Below are positions 56,309-64,000 of a stretch of DNA of 64,000 bases, piece after piece; position 1 is the stretch's first letter; each line of letters begins with the position of its first letter. Source of the stretch: Octopus vulgaris (Eukaryota); contig OX597832.1 in NCBI GenBank assembly GCA_951406725.2, forward strand, positions 28,582,001-28,646,000, in the 5' to 3' direction. Both the position numbers and the translations under genes were made by a program. A model generated the notes under the pieces. The model was not told the DNA's origin and searched no databases. It saw only the letters and a list, made by a program, of their open reading frames with translations.

Positions 56309-56692
56309 CTTCTTCTTCTTCTTCTTCTTGCATTCTTCCTCTTCTTGCACTTCTTTTTCTTCTACTTCCTCTTCTTTTCTTCTTTTTCTTCTTCTTCTTC
56401 TTCTTCTTCTTCTTCTTCTTCTTCTCCTCCTTCTCCTCCTCCTTCTCCTCCTCCTTCTCCTCCTCTTCTCCTTCTTCTTCTTCTTCTTCTTCTTCTTCGT
56501 CTTCTTCTTCTTCTTCTTCTTCTTCTTTTCTTCTTCTTCTTCTTCTTCTTCCTCTTCTCTTCTTCTTCTTCTTCTTCTTCTTCTTCTTCTTCTTCTTCTT
56601 CTTCTTCTTCTTCTTCTTCTTCTTCTTCTTCTTCTACTCTCTCCTCCTCTTCTTCTTCTCCTCCACCTCTCCTCTTCTTCTTCTTCTTCTTC
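56232..56692. repeat. (TAC)n then (TTC)n/(CTC) polypyrimidine tract
   Basis: Direct reading; about 410 nt nearly purine-free on the plus strand. Confidence 0.95.
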
Positions 56693-56735
56693 TTTTATAG
56701 TTTTGATTTTGCATTGCCTTTATTATTGTTACATA

Positions 56736-56780
<45 letters not shown>

Positions 56781-57126
56781 CTGGCGGATTGTATAAAGTG
56801 TTGGTGCAGGGTGTGGGGTTGCGGAGGGTAACATGAATAGTTTGCATCTTTTCGCTTTCTGGCGAAACCTTGTGAATATGGTAATATAGGAAAAATATAG
56901 GAAATAAAAAAAAAACAAAAAAAAGACCATACAAGAAGAAAAAAATCATTAATCCGTCTGTCTCGTTGCCCTCTGGTAACTGGGTCCACTAACAAAGGTA
57001 GTTTTAATAACTTGTCTGGTGCCAGTCAGGAAAATTGACTTGATGTGTTACCCTTGAAACATCAGCAATAGAAAAATAAATAAAGTATTATGTATGCACA
57101 CACTCACACACACACACACACACACA

Positions 57127-57193
<67 letters not shown>

Positions 57194-57194
57194 A

Positions 57195-57255
<61 letters not shown>

Positions 57256-57338
57256 GTATATATATATATACATATATATATATACATATACATATATATA
57301 TATATACTTATACATATATATATATATATATATACATA

Positions 57339-57408
<70 letters not shown>

Positions 57409-57718
57409 GTATATATATGTATATGTATATATATGTATATATATGTATATGTATATGTATATATATACGTATATAATAGAGCGAAAAATATGCCAGAGCA
57501 AATTTTCCATCCGTTTGCTGCGATTTTCGACCTTTTCCTCTCATCAGCGAATTCACGAATATTCGGTTTAATTATTTTTTCCCTTCAACAATCATTGCTC
57601 ACGCGTTAACCTGTTTCATATGGAACGGGAGAGATTGATGTTTCGTGTACGACTTTCAATTGGTTTGTAAATGTTTGTACATACATACATGCATGCATAC
57701 ACACATGCATACATATAT

Positions 57719-57791
<73 letters not shown>

Positions 57792-57884
57792 GTATATATA
57801 TAAAGATATACATACACATAAATATATGTGGGTACGTGCTCGCGCGTGTAAGTAATATATTTATTTTACATACACGCATATATA

Positions 57885-57925
<41 letters not shown>

Positions 57926-58615
57926 GAGATGAACTCACACATCCATAGACACTCAAAAACAAACACACAAAAATGGCGACCGCACTGTAACAAAGATTGT
58001 GCGTGTTGCAGACGACATCGGATGACCAGCCGCAATGCATGACGGGAGAATCTTACTCATATCTTTGTGGTGAATGTGTGCGGTGTGTGTTGGTGTTATA
58101 AGATATATCCCAGTCTCGTGAATCGATTAGAGAGAGAAAAGTAAGGTCAGAGAGAAAAATGACTTCCTCGTAATGAACTGCTCATGCGCAAATGTGCTTT
58201 CGGCAACGTTGGCCAATTGCGTCGAAGAGTAAAGTTGAAATTCTAATATATTATTATCTCTTTTGACGTGAAGTTTGTTATTTCAAGTAGGTTATATTGA
58301 AAATAGTGTTTTGTCTTCAAATACGAATATAAAATAAATTCGTGTTACTTAGCAACACTGATATGGCCAGCTTATAAAAGCAAAGACAGATACGAGATAA
58401 TCAGAGATCGGTGGTGAGGCTGGTGGTTGTTGTTTTTGGTGTAGGAAGGATGGAGATGGTAATGGCGGCGTGGAGTAGAGGCATTAGGAATGGTGATATC
58501 TCTAAGAATATTTCTTTGAGATGCCATTGCACAATAATGAACAAATTTCAATACAGTGCAAAGCCACCACTGTCGCTATTTTCCTCCCCACCCCCGCCCC
58601 GAAACAGCATCTATA

Positions 58616-58655
<40 letters not shown>

Positions 58656-60196
58656 TGTGTGTGTGCGTGTGTGTGTGTGTTTGTGTGTATGTTTATGTGT
58701 GTGTGTGCATGATGTTTCGGGAAGAAAAATTGCTTGTACTGCATTGTGTGTATGTGTGTGTGTTGTCTATGTATGTATGTATGTATGTATATCATATTTT
58801 AGACATATATATATATGGGCGGGCGAGCGTGTATATATACATATATATACACATATGTATAAATATATATATATATATATATGTGTGTGTGTTTATATAT
58901 ATATATATATATATATATACGCACATGCATATATGCTAATAAATAATGCCAGTATGTATAATATAAAGATATATACTTTTTTGCATTTTATGAATATGTA
59001 CAAATGTATGTATATTTATGCATGTATCTACCGATATATGTGATTGTCTATACATACATACATACATACATACATACATACATACATACATACATACATA
59101 CATACACACATACACATGCACACATACACGTGCATCATGGAAATTGAAACCAGGGAAAACAGAAGATATATGATTGTGGTTAAACAAACTGGTGTACTGG
59201 GAAAGTTTTGCGGGTGTATATGCGTGTGTGTGTGTGTGTGTCTGTATGTTTTTGAGAGTGTATGTGTGTGTAAGTGTATGTGTATTTATAGGTATGTGTA
59301 TATGTATTTGTGGTAATTGTATGTATGCGTATGAATGTGTGTGGCAATAGAAGCTCTGGGATAGAAGGAACGTGTTTGATAATAAACAGATGAAGTGTTT
59401 TTATTACAAGTAAACGAGAGCATGAGATAATGGGAGTGGGGAGGGGATAAACACACACACACACGCACACACACACACACACATACACATAAATCTGTAT
59501 CGTTATTCAGTGCTCCTTCTGATGTGTGGCTAAAGGTCGAGAACGTGATACTCCGAGTGTTGACTTGCACACAAAATCAGCTTTCAATTATTATTCCACT
59601 CTACGAGTAATTTTTCAAGCAAGTGCATTTCACACACACACACACTCTCACAGACACAGACACAGACACACACACAAACAAACAAGCACGCGCGTGCGCG
59701 TAGAGTGTTTGGAAAGTTGGGCAACATTAAGCGTTAAAATAAATTTGGATATGTTTATACGCAGTATACTGCATATAAAATCTGTATTAATGAAATTCTT
59801 ATGCAATATGGCTGATGCTTCTAGCATTTCTTATGGCCGCCATCTTTTCAGAGAAATCAAACTCAATGAAAGTATGATTCAGATACTGTTCACGAATGGT
59901 CATAGATTGCTTCTGTGATTCAGACCCAAAACTCAGCGAAAGAACATGGCTTCGATTTGTAGAAACAGCTGTTTTGACATGAGACATGGCCTCATGAAAA
60001 AAAAAAAAAATGTCTGATCAAGTCAGATCAGGCGATCGGTGGAGTTAAACAATTTGTGCAGCCATCTTGAATCACTTTTCTGAAAAGGCGTCATTCAAAA
60101 ACTATCATACACCCGAAACATAGCTTATTGAAAGAAGCTGTTTAAAGCTGGGTGTTCCGTTTTGCTTAAAGAAGACATTATCTAAACGATTAGTTC

Positions 60197-60274
<78 letters not shown>

Positions 60275-60568
60275 AGCGCCCCCTATGCGTGAATATCTAT
60301 GATTGAATAAAACCGCTTCTGGTTGAGACTGCATCTTTTTCCGTGTCATTGCGGAGAGAAACAGAGGAATCATCACCATTGCAACATTAACAGAAATATC
60401 ACCAGCAACATCAGCAGCAACAACAACAACAACAACAACAACAATAACAACAACAACAACAACAACTCTAATTATAATTGTAGCCACAAAATCAATGAAA
60501 ACGCCAATAATTCTCACAAAATTTCCTGGAATTATAAGCTAAACAACCACAACCATCACAATCAAGAA

Positions 60569-60639
<71 letters not shown>

Positions 60640-60889
60640 TTGCTGCTACTACTATTGAGTCAGACTTCCGGTGAAGATAAACATGGTGGCTGCTATTGGA
60701 AAGTTTAACTTCCGGTTGGAACACGTTTGATCGATAGAAGTGTTTGGAGAAGATGACTCAGATTCACAAGCGTACACATAAATGTTCTCACACATATTCG
60801 CATACACGAACTTACATATACACACACATACACATAAAAGGACAGATACCTATAATATATATAAATGTATATATATGTATATGTGTGCG

Positions 60890-60920
<31 letters not shown>

Positions 60921-61389
60921 AAATTTATATAGAGGGGGGTCACTAAATACACTTGTACACACGACAAGATATATATGTATACAAACACCTACATTCACGT
61001 GCAAACATACACACACATATATATATATACTACTATATATTCCTATTCCTCATATGAACACGCGCAAGAACGCACATATACGCACACTCAATTTGTACAT
61101 ATGCATCCGCAACTGTACACACACGCGCACACACACAGACATGTATGTGCACAAACATATGCACATAATGTAATGATCTTATATATATGTATGTATATAT
61201 ATCTACATATATACACGTATATATGTAGATATATATTTATGAGAATATATATATCTATATATATAATATATATACATACACACATATATATATATATACA
61301 TACATATATATACATACAAATATATATATATATATAATGTATATACATATATACACACACATATATGTGCGTGTGTGTGTATGTATATA

Positions 61390-61460
<71 letters not shown>

Positions 61461-61737
61461 ATAAATACAGTGTACATTTAAACACATAAGAGGAATCCAT
61501 CATAGGACTCCCTGCACGCTAGAGAGGACAACTAAATTCCAAACCACTATTAGGGATGAAATTTCGAAGGGAATGAAAAATAAAGATATTTACCATCTAA
61601 CTCCTGGACCAATGGTTTCAGACATTTTTTAGCAAATAAAATAATTTGCTAGGCGAAGCCTTCCTCAGCAGGTACACCTTAGATTAAATATATATACACG
61701 AGGCAATCCAGTATATGCCCCGTGCTTATACATTCTA

Positions 61738-62130
61738 ATTTTTCAAATCTACCGCGCAAGCGCAGCTTCTTGTCGGCAGTAAATAAATATGCCGGCTTTT
61801 CAATTCGAAAATTATCCAGAGAAAAAATTATTAATAATTAATAATATCAAAGGGTAATCATAAATATTAAAAATGTCCATTACCAGTGGACTAGCGTGCA
61901 AAAAATTAGTCAAAAAACTATATATTATTCATATAAATACAGTGCACATTTAAACAAATAAGGAGAATCCATCATAGGTCACTGGTAATAGAAATTTCTA
62001 ATATTTCTGATTACCCTTTGATATTATTAATTACTGATAATTTTTTCTCTGGATAATTTTCGAATTGAAAAGACGGGATATTTATTCACTGCCGACAAGG
62101 AGCTGCGCTTGCCCGGTAGGTTTGAAAAAT
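61738..62130. repeat. Inverted repeat, ~150-bp arms (61738-61888 / 61980-62130)
   Basis: Arms are reverse complements with scattered mismatches; ~90-bp spacer. Confidence 0.9.
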
Positions 62131-62944
62131 GGTGTATTTAGACTGTAAACTGTGTACCGTGTTCCCATATCCATCGTCATATCGAAATAAACTTCAGTAT
62201 CTTGTATCTGATCAACCACTAAGACAGATCTTAATCATAAAACCTTACAAAATCATTTGATGGCAGAAAAAGTTGCTTTTTTTTTCTGCCTTGATTTGTA
62301 GCAGTGAATCTTTGAGGATTGTATGGTGAAATTCTCTTTGTAGAATTAGAAGACATTTCCTTAAACCATTTTCTGCAATTCAGGTCTTCTTTGCGTTTCT
62401 TGTGGTTTAGAGATCACAGAGAAAGGAATCAAATAAAAGGCGACAAGTAATTGGTTTGTAAAATGGAGAAGCAACCTGTTTTGGAAAGGTGACAACCGTC
62501 GCCACACCAAGATGGCTGACAGTAAATATGGCCTACCGTAAACACACACACACACACACACACACTCACTCACTCACTCACTCACTCACTCACTCACTCA
62601 CTCACTCACTCACTCTTTTTCTGTCTCTCTTTCCCTCCCCTCATATGTGTGTATGTGCGCGCGCTCGTATGTGTGAGGAGAGATGAGGTAGGCGGGGAGG
62701 CAGAACAAAAATGAGGGACATACATATCTATATCGTATTGTATATATATATTCTATATAAACATAAGCGTGTGCGCATACGGACAACCACGCGCTTATCT
62801 GCCTGCCTATCTGTCTGTCTGTCTGTCTGTCTATCTGTCGATCAGTCAGTCTGTCAGTTTGTCAGTCTGTCTGTCTACCTATCTACATGTATGTATGTGT
62901 GAGCGTCGCTTGAATCATACTTGTATATACGTGTATACATATAT

Positions 62945-63358
62945 ATTTCTTTATTGCCCACAAGGGGCTACACATTGAAAGGACAAACAAGGACAGACAA
63001 ACGGATTAAATCGATTATATCGACCCCAGTGCGTAACTGGTACTTATTTAATCGATCCCGAAAGGATGAAAGGCAAAGTCGACCTCGGCGGAATTTGAAC
63101 TCAGAATGTAACGGCAGACGAAATACCTATTTCTTTACTACCCACAAGGGGCTAAACACAGAGGGGACAAACAAGGACAGACAAATGGATTAAGTCGATT
63201 ATATCGACCCCAGTGCGTAACTGGTACTTAATTTCTCGACCCCGAAAGGATGAAAGGCAAAGTCGACCTCGGCGGAATTTGAACTCAGAACGTAGCGGCG
63301 GACGAAATACGGCTACGCATTTCGCATGGCGTGCTAACGTTTCTGCCAGCTCGCCGCC
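62945..63358 (-). mobile_element. SINE family A tandem dimer
   Basis: Head at 63358; two units joined at AATACC|TATTTC (about 63125). Confidence 0.9.
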
Positions 63359-63649
63359 TTGTAAGTGTATAGGATTGGTGACGTTTGTGTATATATCTGC
63401 GTGTGTGGGGGGGAGGGGGGTTTAGACAATGAGCATATATATGCGCGCAGGTGTCTATGGGTGTGTTTGCACTAGTGCTTACCTGTGTGTGAATACATGT
63501 GTGTGTATGTGTGGTGTGGTGGAGTGTGTGTGTGCAGACGTGAAAAGTGGTATGTCTATGTTTCTGTATGTTTCTATGTATGTGTCTATGAGGGTGCTGT
63601 GTGTGCGTATGTATATGTATGTGTGTGTGTGTGTGTTTGTGTGTGTAGT

Positions 63650-63720
<71 letters not shown>

Positions 63721-64000
63721 AGGACTATAAAAAGAGCAAATCTAAAAAAGGGGAGGGCAGAAAGAAAGAGAGAAGAAGGAGGAAGAGAGAGAAAACATTA
63801 AGGAAGGATAATGAGACAAGGGGAGAGAAAGAGCGAGAGCAAGAGAGAGAGAGAAAAGAGGGAGAGAGTGAGACAGAAAAAACGAGAAGAAGACAGAAGG
63901 AGAGAGTCAGAGAGAGAGAGAGAGAGAGAGAAAGTGTGAAGGTGTGTTTGCGTGTGTGTGTGCAGAGACAAGTGTTGCAAGCTGCCCCAAGAAATGAACT

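Overview
Eukaryotic, repeat-saturated, apparently gene-poor DNA. It is most consistent with an Octopus (coleoid cephalopod) genome, judged from my recognition of the tRNA-derived SINE families and the extreme microsatellite density. No intact protein-coding gene is supportable: nearly all ORFs in the track are translated microsatellites or SINEs. The real genes are a cluster of seven tRNA-Val genes at 42.8-54.0 kb (five TAC, two CAC; all with U at the discriminator position), plus a 3' tRNA-Val relic and a decayed tRNA-Lys-like sequence. The rest is at least five SINE types, RTE and Tx1/L1 LINE fossils, a Tigger/pogo and a mariner fossil, hAT and Tigger MITEs, a 118-bp x6 tandem array, a 1.2-kb tandem duplication and long inverted repeats. 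Most interesting: (i) a family of short minus-strand elements next to (TA)n/(TG)n tracts, each carrying a minimal type-I hammerhead ribozyme motif (Penelope/retrozyme-like); (ii) an HDV-like ribozyme-shaped fold in an RTE-type 5' UTR; (iii) a two-tRNA cassette inserted into a fossil Tigger transposase, with an 18-bp palindrome at the junction; (iv) head/tail shuffling among SINEs. All analysis was by eye; boundaries of degenerate repeats are approximate.
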